A stretch of DNA of 64,000 nucleotides from a virus. The stretch lies in the IMG/VR virus record IMGVR_UViG_3300037827_000415, positions 1 through 64,000 of that record; one strand, written 5' to 3'. Each line of letters starts with the position of its first letter. Within the stretch, counting starts at the first letter, position 1. Shown in pieces: positions 28,603 through 37,345 of the stretch. The position numbers and the translations under genes were made by a program. Below the pieces are notes generated by a model that made no database searches, had not been told where the DNA came from, and saw only the letters and a list, made by a program, of their open reading frames with translations.

Positions 28603-30068
28603 CGGTGCTCCTTAAACAGATTCTCTTGGATCGCCGTGTCCGCCTCCAGCATCTCCGCCTTGCGGAGCACGTTCGCGATCATCGGCTCTTCCAACTCGGT
28701 TGTCGGTATGTGAACGTTCAGAGCTTTCGTCGAGCCGACACGATTGGAACGCTTGACCGACTGCTTGTATTCCACGAGTGAGTCATGCAGTCCGTTGAAG
28801 ACGTGCCGCGTGGCAATCTGGAGATTCAAGCCCAAGCCGAGCACGCGGCTTTTGCTGATCAGGATCCGCTTGTCGCCCCGCTTGAACTGGTCCAGCATCT
28901 CAATTCGCTTGTCGATCGGCGTGGACCCACTAATGCTGAGGGCCTCGGGAAACGTCTCGGCCATCTGGTCTTGCTCGTCGTTGTATTTGCACCAGACGAT
29001 CGTCGATTCAGTCGGCCACGAATCAACAAGATCGCGGACGAACTTCGGCTTGAAACTCTCAATTCGCTTCCCGTCGTATTTCCCCTTCGCAATCTGGCCG
29101 ATCTTCGCTCGCTGGCCGATGCCGCCGACCTCTGCCACGAACAATCGACCAGTGAGATCGCGGGCCGCGTCGCGTTGCTCTTGGCTCAAGTCGACGCGAT
29201 GAATGTGGACATGGATCGGCGGAATCGTGCCGACATTGTCCTTCCAGCCGTAGGTCGCCGGATCGGCCATGAAGATGCACCAGTGGGAGAGATCGCGATA
29301 GAACCGCTCCATTGCGTGCGGCTTCAGTTCCCACCGCTCGCCCGTCTTTCCGCGGTTGACGAAATACGTCGCGAGGAATTCGTTCGTCGTTTTGGCCACG
29401 TCCATGAAGACGGCGTGATTGGCGTAGTCGATGCGATCGTTGGGGGCCGGCGTACCAGTGCAGGCCAGCTTCCACTTGAGCCCTTGGCCCAATCGCAAAA
29501 CCGCCGTCGCCCACTTGCCGTAGTGCGGCGCGAGCATGTGCGACTCATCGAGGATCAAGGCCCCGAGCCGCCCTTGCCGCAAGTCGTGGTTGAACGCTTC
29601 GTAGTTCGTGACACCGACGCCCATGCCGTGGTCGAGAAAATTCTGCACGTCGCCAGACGCGATTTGAGTGATCGGCAGTCCGGGATAGAAGCGGGCCGAT
29701 TCTGCGACGGTCTGAGAAACGACCATCAGCGGCGAGACGATCAGGACCGGACGCATCCTGATTTGTTTTAGCACGTGCTGAGCAAATTCGAGCATGATGG
29801 CAGTCTTGCCCCAGCCCGGATCGGCGAACACAGAGAACTTCCGCTTGCGAATCGCGAGGCGTGCGATGCCCGCTTGATAGTCGAACAGGAATGGACTCGG
29901 TTCGTAATCCGCATCCGTGGGCCGCGCTACAACATTGCCAAAAATCGCTGCGGCGTATTCGTCGGGGACGATGGCGTCCGATCCGCGGAATTCGTAGACC
30001 GGGCAACGACGCACGGCGAGGAATTGGCGGTAGCTTTCCAGTGATGACGTATCGAAGGTGATTCTCAT
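28590..30068 (-). CDS. SF2 (SNF2-like) helicase
   Basis: ADPGWGKT, LILDESH, CTGTP, GLGLNLQ, QSVKRSNRVG. Confidence 0.88.
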   Translation of the reverse strand: MRITFDTSSLESYRQFLAVRRCPVYEFRGSDAIVPDEYAAAIFGNVVARPTDADYEPSPFLFDYQAGIARLAIRKRKFSVFADPGWGKTAIMLEFAQHVLKQIRMRPVLIVSPLMVVSQTVAESARFYPGLPITQIASGDVQNFLDHGMGVGVTNYEAFNHDLRQGRLGALILDESHMLAPHYGKWATAVLRLGQGLKWKLACTGTPAPNDRIDYANHAVFMDVAKTTNEFLATYFVNRGKTGERWELKPHAMERFYRDLSHWCIFMADPATYGWKDNVGTIPPIHVHIHRVDLSQEQRDAARDLTGRLFVAEVGGIGQRAKIGQIAKGKYDGKRIESFKPKFVRDLVDSWPTESTIVWCKYNDEQDQMAETFPEALSISGSTPIDKRIEMLDQFKRGDKRILISKSRVLGLGLNLQIATRHVFNGLHDSLVEYKQSVKRSNRVGSTKALNVHIPTTELEEPMIANVLRKAEMLEADTAIQENLFKEHRWQL

Positions 30069-30613
30069 GCTTTGCTCACATCCAGCGGCATCAACAGTCC
30101 TTCGCCGCCGTCGAAGACAAAGCTGATTGGGTTGAGCTCTTCGCCCGGCTGCGGAATGGCGATGCGTAGATTCGGAAGCGTCCGCATCAGGACGTCGTAT
30201 TTCGTTGCAACGGTCGCGGAGCCGATCTTGACCTCTCTTGGGAAGTGCACCGTTCCGCTGCCATTGCAGCAGTCGCAATCGCAGACAACATCGTCGTCGT
30301 CGGCCCCGGAGCAGACTTCGCAGCAGCAGTGGCCACATTCGCCGCAAGCCCAGCACGGGACGGTTGTGTAAGACTTGTCCGTGACGACGAAATCGCCATC
30401 CATCTTGAACTGCCTGAAAGTGTCCGACGGGTCAAGGATGTTCTTCTCGCCCTTGGGAACCGTGTCAGACTCAGCCGTTTTGTACCGGACGCAGATTCGC
30501 CCATCGGTGGCCCAGAGGTAACCGGACTTGACGAACGGTTCGCTCAGGTCATATCGGTTCGATGCGTCACTCGCGAACTGATCGAACAACACCGATGCCG
30601 TCAGCAGATTCAT
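30065..30613 (-). CDS. Cys-rich protein with sliding-clamp-like motifs
   Basis: WATDGR and C-terminal GEGLLMPL; several CxxC. Confidence 0.5.
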   Translation of the reverse strand: MNLLTASVLFDQFASDASNRYDLSEPFVKSGYLWATDGRICVRYKTAESDTVPKGEKNILDPSDTFRQFKMDGDFVVTDKSYTTVPCWACGECGHCCCEVCSGADDDDVVCDCDCCNGSGTVHFPREVKIGSATVATKYDVLMRTLPNLRIAIPQPGEELNPISFVFDGGEGLLMPLDVSKA

Positions 30614-30622
30614 TCTTCGCTC

Positions 30623-30913
30623 CTATCGCCGTCGCCCCTCGCTGATCTCTTCCGCCAAATCAATCTGGTCAATCCGCCGAATGACGTGCCGGAACCAAGC
30701 GGAAATCAGTTCGCACCGCGGCCCCATATCCTCCGGCCCGCAAAACGTCTCGTACGCCCGCTCAAAGACGAAACTGATGTTCCGCTTCGGATCCGCAATC
30801 GTGATGATCACCACGGGCGGATTGCCGCAGCACCACGACCTGACCTTGAAGCCGCGATCGGCGACCCGCTCCCGCAGGTGCAGGAATCGGGCCTCGCACT
30901 CTTCGTTGGTCAT
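30623..30913 (-). CDS. Hypothetical protein
   Basis: ATG 30913 downstream of a TTGACT promoter-like site at the IS junction. Confidence 0.55.
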   Translation of the reverse strand: MTNEECEARFLHLRERVADRGFKVRSWCCGNPPVVIITIADPKRNISFVFERAYETFCGPEDMGPRCELISAWFRHVIRRIDQIDLAEEISEGRRR

Positions 30914-31155
30914 GTCCGCACCGTACCGAATCTGCCGTGGGCGAGTCAAATTTTTTCGGAATTGTATACTTAACAAACCAAGCCAAGAAGGCAGATTGAC
31001 AGGCCAAAACAGCGCAACTTATGATGCTGCATGAGGTTTCGTTGTGGCATCACGACCAGAATTCATCAAAGATATTCGGGAACACGTCGGCCGGCTTTGT
31101 TCGTCGATTGATCGCGAACTCGTCGACGAAACTCAGCGTTTTTGCGACTGGTGGG

Positions 31156-31479
31156 TCAACTGCTACAAGCCGGATTCCACCTTGCAACCAAGTCGCCCAC
31201 CTCGGCGAGACGTTCCCGCTCATCGCCCCGATTGATGCGGGCTAAGATGTGGGTGGCCCCTTTCGCGATCGCGGCAGACTTTATGTCGCTCTCCCGCGTG
31301 CAGCAGTCTCTGAGCGAATCGCCTTGCCCAAAATAAAGCGATTCCCAGTGGCCCGGTTTCCATTCGAGTGCGAAAGCGAAGTTTCCCGGCTCATCGGCAA
31401 ACTCGTTGTCTAGCGGGTAAATCCAGTACTCATATTCCCTTCCGGATTCGCCCGGATAAATAACCACCGGTATAAGCAT
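31156..31479 (-). CDS. Degenerate GIY-YIG-like protein (IS passenger)
   Basis: PGNFAF...LYFGQGDSL...E.DL...NP.C pattern. Confidence 0.55.
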   Translation of the reverse strand: MLIPVVIYPGESGREYEYWIYPLDNEFADEPGNFAFALEWKPGHWESLYFGQGDSLRDCCTRESDIKSAAIAKGATHILARINRGDERERLAEVGDLVARWNPACSS

Positions 31480-31491
31480 TGAGCCGGGCCG

Positions 31492-31659
31492 TCACTTCTT
31501 CTTTTTCGTCCGCCGCTTTGCCTTCGCCTTAGGCTGGGGGACCGGCTCGGTACTAGCCCCGCCCGGCACTTGCAGGAACTTTTCGAGAGCGGTCTCGAAA
31601 GGCAGCGGGTGAAGAGAGATTTTCTTGCCGCGATCGGATTCCGGTTCCGGTTTCGTCAT
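31492..31659 (-). CDS. 55-aa basic protein (IS passenger)
   Basis: MTKPEPESDRGKKISLHPLPFETALEKFLQV...KAKRRTKKKK; below the ORF-track cutoff. Confidence 0.55.
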   Translation of the reverse strand: MTKPEPESDRGKKISLHPLPFETALEKFLQVPGGASTEPVPQPKAKAKRRTKKKK

Positions 31660-31715
31660 GCCGGCGATTGTAGCCGAAGGGGACGGATTGAATCCAATTT
31701 TTCGCCGCGCATCCC

Positions 31716-31744
31716 TTGACGCGCAAATGGGGCAGATCTAGGCT
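31716..31744 (+). promoter_or_regulatory. Sigma70-like promoter of the IS-borne RNA unit
   Basis: TTGACG-N17-TAGGCT. Confidence 0.6.
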
Positions 31745-31758
31745 GCCCGCAGTGCGGT

Positions 31759-31868
31759 AAAAAACCGCGTTTGATTCTGAGCGAAAGTCGAAAGGTCAAC
31801 ACGCTTGAGGCGTTCCCGAGCCTCAGGCGTGCCTTTACGTCTTGGCTCGGGATTGAACGCGGTTTTTT
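31759..31868 (+). ncRNA. Long hairpin leader RNA ending in a U-tract
   Basis: 31759-31782 pairs with 31845-31868 (24 bp including G.U); inner stem CACGCTTGAGGC/GCCTCAGGCGTG. Confidence 0.6.
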
Positions 31869-31905
31869 CGTTTCTAGAAGTGAGTTTTGCGGAGAGAAGA
31901 AAAAC

Positions 31906-32005
31906 GCCGGGGTGGCGGAATTGGTAGACGCATCGGCCTTGGAAGCCGACGGGGGCCTCTTGCTAAGGGATCACCCCCGTGCGGGTTCAAATCCCGTCCC
32001 CGGCA
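31906..32005 (+). tRNA. Atypical tRNA: anticodon TGG (Pro) on a class II, Leu-like body
   Basis: Acceptor GCCGGGG/CCCCGGC+A73; D arm GGCGGAATTGGTAGACGC; anticodon arm TCGGC-CTTGGAA-GCCGA; 31-nt variable arm; T arm GCGGG-TTCAAAT-CCCGT; CCA not encoded. Confidence 0.9.
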
Positions 32006-32145
32006 TTCTCATTGTAAAATGCGAGAACCGTCAGCGGCAAACTGACGGTTCTCCTGTTCGCCGTTAGGGGGCGAACCATGCCGTAAAGTCGCGCGCATGG
32101 TACCGCTCTCGGTTTTGACACACAAGACAAAACGGGACCGGGGCC

Positions 32146-32616
32146 ATGCCTCTCGTGAAATGCCGCGATTGCGGATATTTAGCTTCGCGCATCAAGGCTG
32201 ACAATTCGCCCGTGGAGGCGGTCAGTCGCGTTCGCGATGCGGGACAATTTAGTCTTCAAGAATCAAGAGAAGTTCTGTGTTACAGGGGCTTTTCTGGCTT
32301 TCCGGTCAACGGGACGCTAACAGATCGGCCGCTGGCAGTTGCTCTTGAAAAAGAAATCGCATGTCCTGAATTCACGGTTTGGCTCAAGGGCAAAACGCCA
32401 AAAGAGCACGAAGACATGAGCATCTTAGAAAAGGTACGGCAGGAATATAGACAGTCCCAAGAGGATGCCGAGCGGAAGGCAGACCAAAAGGCAGACGCGA
32501 GGGAACGCAAAGAGGACTCACGCCACTGGCGCACGTTTTGGCTAGCGGTCGCGGCCCTAGTCGCCTCCATTGCGATCGGCATTGCGAATTTCGCGTTCAC
32601 GCTATCGAGACGCTAA
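32146..32616 (+). CDS. Zn-ribbon protein with C-terminal TM (IS passenger)
   Basis: N-terminal CRDC; C-terminal FWLAVAALVASIAIGIANFAF. Confidence 0.65.
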   Translation: MPLVKCRDCGYLASRIKADNSPVEAVSRVRDAGQFSLQESREVLCYRGFSGFPVNGTLTDRPLAVALEKEIACPEFTVWLKGKTPKEHEDMSILEKVRQEYRQSQEDAERKADQKADARERKEDSRHWRTFWLAVAALVASIAIGIANFAFTLSRR

Positions 32617-32622
32617 TTCGCC

Positions 32623-33591
32623 TCACTGAATCCCGCCCCACAACTGATCGATGCCATCTCGCAGAATTGGCTGGCGATACATGAGACGTCGGCCAGCAAT
32701 GCCGTTGATTGCGACGTCCATTCGCTGCGAGTCCTTCATCTTTCGATTGTTCCAGCGGAAGCTGAATTCATCGACGTAGCGATGCAGGTGACGCTTGCCA
32801 ATCTGGTGGAACGTGCCGTAGTGACCACGCTTGAGCAACGCGAAAAAGCTTTCGGCCGTATTCGTCGTCACGAGCGTTTCGCCACCATTCGTCCTGCGGA
32901 CGTATTCACGCTGCTTGTGCAACGAGCGGTGATGGCCACCGGCAAACTCGCGGCCGACGTGGTTATAGAGCGGCACTTCATCGGTGAACAAAGTCGAGTT
33001 GCGATCGGCGTATTTGAACAACACTTCTCGCAGCGTCGATCCTTTCAGATCGTCAACCGGCGTTGCGTGGGCTCGGCCGCCACGTTCCACGAGCAACGCC
33101 ACTGCTTTTTTTGATGTGCCGCGTCCCGCCTTGCTGACGCCCCTGTACCGGGGCTTGCCGCCGACGTAAGTTTCGTCTGCTTCCAGCTCGCCCTTCAACG
33201 CTCCGGCCAGTGGCTCTTGCTTCATCGCGTACCGAATGCGATGGGCCATGAACCATGCGGTTTTGTAGGTCACGCCGAGCATCCGATGGAGCTGATGGGC
33301 CGACACTCCCTTTTTGCTCGCGGACATCAAATGCAGGGCCAGCAGCCAAATGCGAATCTTGATGTGCCCGCGTTCCATTACGGTTCCGACCGTCACCGTG
33401 AACTGCTTGCGGCACTTCGGATTCTTGCACTTGTAAACGCCGGGCCGCGTCGATTTTCCGGCCAGCTTGATCGACTCATTCGACATGCAATGCGGGCAGG
33501 CTCGACGCTCGCCATTCGCTCCCCAGCGGGTTGCCTCAAGATAATCGCGGGCCTCATCTTCTGTCAGCTTGCTGAGTTCGGCGAAATTCAT
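32623..33591 (-). CDS. IS1595-family (ISXO2-like) DDE transposase
   Basis: Zn ribbon CPHC..CKNPKC, HTH, EADETYVGG, TDE, TNTAESFF, YVDEFSFRWN. Confidence 0.95.
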   Translation of the reverse strand: MNFAELSKLTEDEARDYLEATRWGANGERRACPHCMSNESIKLAGKSTRPGVYKCKNPKCRKQFTVTVGTVMERGHIKIRIWLLALHLMSASKKGVSAHQLHRMLGVTYKTAWFMAHRIRYAMKQEPLAGALKGELEADETYVGGKPRYRGVSKAGRGTSKKAVALLVERGGRAHATPVDDLKGSTLREVLFKYADRNSTLFTDEVPLYNHVGREFAGGHHRSLHKQREYVRRTNGGETLVTTNTAESFFALLKRGHYGTFHQIGKRHLHRYVDEFSFRWNNRKMKDSQRMDVAINGIAGRRLMYRQPILRDGIDQLWGGIQ

Positions 33592-33665
33592 TGCGGGCTC
33601 CTTTGTTGACACCCGCATTATCGGTAATTACACTTGGTTTGTCAAGTATACAATTCCGAATTTTT

Positions 33666-35513
33666 TCAGTCGCCCAGTTCGTGCCCGTTCTTTTCCGCCC
33701 AATCGTCGCCGTCAAAGTCGAAGCTTGTGGCCGCACTGTCCATTGATGCCTCTGGCTTTTCCACGTGCAGTTTTTGCCGCGATGGCTCAAACCGGCATTT
33801 CACCGTGTGCTGATGCGTCGGCCGATTCTTGTTCTTCCCGATGAATACGAAGAATTCCTTTGGGTCGTGCTTCGCGTCGATCCGGTGCGGCCAAAGTAGG
33901 AATAAGATCACATCCGCGTCGCCCTCAATCTGCCCCGACTCACGAAGGTCCGACAGCTTTGGCTTGAACGTCTCCCGCTTCTCGACTTCTCGGCCAAGCT
34001 GGGCCAGTTCGATCATCAGCACTCCGGTTTCCGTGGCGATGTGCTTGAGCATCAGGCTGGTTTCGGTGACTTGCTCGTAGCGGCTGTTTTTCTTGCCGAG
34101 CAGCAGTTGCATGTAGTCCACGACTACGCAGCGAACGCCGTGATCGCGAACGTGCTGGCGGATCGACTCGCAGGCCCGTTGCGGCGTGCCGCAGTTCTCG
34201 ACGACGTAAATCGGGGCTCGCTCGTGAAAGTGGCCGTCCACGTCCTTGAGCACGTCCTCGGAACGGTGAACCCACGCCTCTTCATTGATCGGGGTTGAAT
34301 ACTGGATCGCCCGTTTGCCCAGCATTAGGCGGGACATTTCGTCTGAGATGATTAGGATCGGGTGTCCCTCTCCGGCAATGTTGTACGCCGCTTGAAGTGC
34401 GGTAGCCGATTTTGCATGGCTCGGCCTCGCCGCGATGATGACCACCTCCGGCGGCTGCACCCCGCCGCCGATGGCATAATCCACATCACCCAATCCAAGG
34501 CTGATGAGCCCTTGCTTCCCGTCCTTCAGGCTGGCCATGTATTCGCGGGCCGACTCGTACAGCGTGTTGGACGGCGGCGGTTCAGGCGGTGCCTCGTGCT
34601 GCGGGACTCTAACCCGGTCCCACTGCATCGGCTGGACGTTTTTTAAGTACCCTCGCTCTCCAGGCACCTTGTCGGCCTGCGAAAGTTTGTGGCGAATCTC
34701 CCGCTCGTTCCACGGCGGATCGCACAGATTGGACCACTCTGCCATGACCGCGTAGGCGTCAGGCTCAGTCAGGTCGAACCCGAGCATCAGCGTGCAGGCC
34801 ACGTGGAACGCCTTGTCGTGTCCCTTCTGTCCGCTCACCGCGATCGGCATCCGGGCGACGTACTTCCGGGCTCGTTCGACGATTGCCGGCTGGCCGTAGA
34901 AGTCTGTCGGGGCTGGTGACCCAAGAGTTTGCGGCTTGAACCACTCGGCACAATAGCGATTCAGGACCGCTTGCCGCTCCATCGGTTCTTTGGGGAACTT
35001 GCCCACTCGCTTGCCCGTGACGGCGAAGTATCGCAGATGGTCGTAGACTTCGATGCCCGGCTCTTTCTCGCCGACCGTGGCGACGCCTTCGACTTTGATT
35101 TTCTTGCCGGAGTCCATCGGGGCTTTCGCCCGAATGAACATTTTCGCCCCCGTGCCGCTGGGGCTGAGTTCGGTGTATGTGTTGAAGTCCGACATGATTT
35201 GCCGAGCCCAGTCGGCCCACTCGCCGGTTTCGAGGTTGCGGCAACCGTCCAGGTCGATGCCGCAGAATTCGTCTTCCGCGGTGAAGACGAATCCGATGCC
35301 CGACCATCGGCCGGTGATCCGATTGGCCGTGACGGCGGATTTGAAGTTGCACCAAGTCTGCGGATCATTCGACTTGGCTAACTGGCCAGAGAACACGCTG
35401 TATGGGAGCTTTGTCGGCTTGTCGCCGTCGCGGGTCACGATTGTCCAGACCAGCCACTGACGAAGTTCCTGTAACGCTGTCGGCACGCCTTCGGGACAGA
35501 CCTGGATCAGCAT
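33666..35513 (-). CDS. Primase-polymerase (AEP-like) fused to DnaB-like helicase
   Basis: GIDLDGC and ELSPSGTG at the N-terminus; VVDYMQL, AQLGR, SDLRESGQIEGDAD at the C-terminus. Confidence 0.9.
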   Translation of the reverse strand: MLIQVCPEGVPTALQELRQWLVWTIVTRDGDKPTKLPYSVFSGQLAKSNDPQTWCNFKSAVTANRITGRWSGIGFVFTAEDEFCGIDLDGCRNLETGEWADWARQIMSDFNTYTELSPSGTGAKMFIRAKAPMDSGKKIKVEGVATVGEKEPGIEVYDHLRYFAVTGKRVGKFPKEPMERQAVLNRYCAEWFKPQTLGSPAPTDFYGQPAIVERARKYVARMPIAVSGQKGHDKAFHVACTLMLGFDLTEPDAYAVMAEWSNLCDPPWNEREIRHKLSQADKVPGERGYLKNVQPMQWDRVRVPQHEAPPEPPPSNTLYESAREYMASLKDGKQGLISLGLGDVDYAIGGGVQPPEVVIIAARPSHAKSATALQAAYNIAGEGHPILIISDEMSRLMLGKRAIQYSTPINEEAWVHRSEDVLKDVDGHFHERAPIYVVENCGTPQRACESIRQHVRDHGVRCVVVDYMQLLLGKKNSRYEQVTETSLMLKHIATETGVLMIELAQLGREVEKRETFKPKLSDLRESGQIEGDADVILFLLWPHRIDAKHDPKEFFVFIGKNKNRPTHQHTVKCRFEPSRQKLHVEKPEASMDSAATSFDFDGDDWAEKNGHELGD

Positions 35514-35588
35514 TCGTTGCCTTTCTTATCCCGTACCGCATCAAGAGAAATTCGACGATTGCTTCGCCGATGTGCGTTGGTTGATTTG

Positions 35589-36524
35589 TCATGCGCCCTC
35601 CCGCGTGAGAATCGCGTCGATGGCCTCGTATGTTTGCGTGGGCCCGATGGTCAGGTCGTCAAGGGGACCGCGAATCTCCTCCAGCACCCCTCGCAGCCGC
35701 TCGGCTTCAGCCTTCAGGTCCCGGTTGTCGAGCAGGGTTTGCTCCATGTTCTCAAGGCACTTGTCCTGCTCTTCGATGGTCTGCTGGGCGACCTGCAATT
35801 CGCGCTCGGCCTCTTCTGCCCGCTTTCGCCATGCGGCATGCATCTCGTTCTCGGTCTGGAGCTTGATCCGCCACTCAAGCCCGCAGGTGCAGGCATCGTC
35901 GCTGCCTGGATAGGCAGGACAGTTCATGCCGTGCTTTAGCTCCACATGCCGCTCGGCTTCGGACGGTTGGGCGGCGGGAGCGTCGGCAAGAGATTGATGG
36001 GCAACGATGAAGTCATAGCGACACCACTCCCGGTACGGCCAAGCGATGTCAAAGCAGTCTTCGTGACGGGCAATCACGGTGACGACGAACACGCGACCTT
36101 TTTTGTCGCGTAGGCGGTAATCTCCGAGCCCCGGCGGCGGCCCGTCATGCCACTCCCGCAGCCGCCGCTCCCGCGCGGTCGCCGCTTTGGCTCTGTCCAG
36201 CAGGTCGCGATTTTCTGCCTGAATGATTTCGATTGGAGCTGGCTGGCGACCGCACGATTTGCACGTCTCTCCCAGCTTATTCACCACAAAACACGACGGG
36301 CATCGCTGAAGTCCGACTCTTCTGCAATAAATGTCTCCGAGCGACATGGGGCCTTTCAATCGCTTAATCTCGTCGGTCGCCTCTTTGAGCTTGGCGGCAA
36401 GGGCACGGTGGGAGTCGAGAAGTTGGTTGGCCTTTTCGTCAGTAAGCGTCAGCCGATCGCAGTTGACGTGCTGTGCCATCTCCGCGATCCGGGCGTCGGG
36501 CAGGATGTCGGTCATGGTCTCCAA
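35589..36524 (-). CDS. Hypothetical coiled-coil phage protein
   Basis: 311-aa ORF in the minus-strand run. Confidence 0.6.
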   Translation of the reverse strand: METMTDILPDARIAEMAQHVNCDRLTLTDEKANQLLDSHRALAAKLKEATDEIKRLKGPMSLGDIYCRRVGLQRCPSCFVVNKLGETCKSCGRQPAPIEIIQAENRDLLDRAKAATARERRLREWHDGPPPGLGDYRLRDKKGRVFVVTVIARHEDCFDIAWPYREWCRYDFIVAHQSLADAPAAQPSEAERHVELKHGMNCPAYPGSDDACTCGLEWRIKLQTENEMHAAWRKRAEEAERELQVAQQTIEEQDKCLENMEQTLLDNRDLKAEAERLRGVLEEIRGPLDDLTIGPTQTYEAIDAILTREGA

Positions 36525-37141
36525 TCCTTCAAATCGTCATCACTCGGAACGCGAGAAATCAGTGGCTTTTGCCCGTTCGTTTTCAATCGATCATTGGAAC
36601 GCATGAGCCACGAATAGAGGAATCGCCTCATCCCCTTCGCGGTTTTCATCGCCTTAGTTTTCGTATGACCCAAGGCATTGTTGCATTCTTCTCGTACGTC
36701 GAGCCGTTGAAACTGCGTTTGCCATGTAGCGATTTGTGCCGTGTGCAAATCCCATCTTTCTGGCTGCCCCGCACAATCGAACGTCATCGCGACAGGAGAA
36801 CTGTCGATCGGCTCACCCTTGGTCTTTGCTTTCAGCTTCGCCTTGGACAGCCACTTCGCCGCGTTGGGGATGCGGAGCCCGTCGTCGCCGTCCGCAAGCC
36901 AGCCCGCGTCCATGACAGCCTTCCAGAACATCGGCGACGCGGGGACCGCTTCATTCAGGTCGGCCAGCGTGAGACGCGGAAGGTTGCCCGCAGCGTCGGC
37001 GTTCTGGTCGGCCCAGATCCAAAACTCAAGCAGCGTGCCCGCGGCTTCACGGCGTGAAATCGACGCCTTGCGGGCAATCTCGATGACCTTGCGTTTCCGC
37101 GGCATCGAGTGCTCAATCGGGATCGACCGACGATCCGCCAT
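36512..37141 (-). CDS. Putative phage replication protein
   Basis: REAAGTLLEFWIWADQN N-terminal motif; KTAKGMRRFLYSWL C-terminal motif. Confidence 0.6.
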   Translation of the reverse strand: MADRRSIPIEHSMPRKRKVIEIARKASISRREAAGTLLEFWIWADQNADAAGNLPRLTLADLNEAVPASPMFWKAVMDAGWLADGDDGLRIPNAAKWLSKAKLKAKTKGEPIDSSPVAMTFDCAGQPERWDLHTAQIATWQTQFQRLDVREECNNALGHTKTKAMKTAKGMRRFLYSWLMRSNDRLKTNGQKPLISRVPSDDDLKDWRP

Positions 37142-37186
37142 GCTGGCCGTCCGTGCCGCTTCGTGGCCCGAAGCGTGGGGGGGAAT

Positions 37187-37266
37187 GAAAAACCCCAATC
37201 AGCCCACGCTCGGCCATTGGCAAGCGTCCCGGTGGAAACGCTCGCCCGAACGTGGACTGACAGGGG
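37187..37266 (-). terminator. Long leader hairpin with U-tract (attenuator-like)
   Basis: CCCC..TCAGTCCACGTTCGG pairs with CCGAGCGTGGGCTGA..GGGG, followed by TTTTT. Confidence 0.55.
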
Positions 37267-37345
37267 CTCAGGACTGGCTCTGTGTTATGCTCATCATCGT
37301 CCAATGGCGGGACGGTTCGGCGACAATACACACGAGAGGCGGGTC

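Larger units (their letters stand above)
30957..33658 (-). mobile_element. IS1595-family insertion sequence with passenger genes (2702 bp)
   Basis: TIRs CGGAATTGTATACTT(A/G)ACAAACCAAG at 30957-30982 and 33633-33658 (25/26); 8-bp TSD AATTTTTT at 30949-30956 and 33659-33666. Confidence 0.95.

Noticed and set aside
31805-31927. 40-codon TTG-start ORF after the motif inside the IS hairpin
   Set aside because: It overlaps the hairpin and the tRNA and has no recognisable features; kept only as a possible leader peptide
31933-31949. Reading the IS tRNA as tRNA-Ser(GGA)
   Set aside because: The stem TCGGC/GCCGA fixes a 7-nt loop with TGG at 34-36; shifting by one base destroys the stem, and the discriminator is A rather than G
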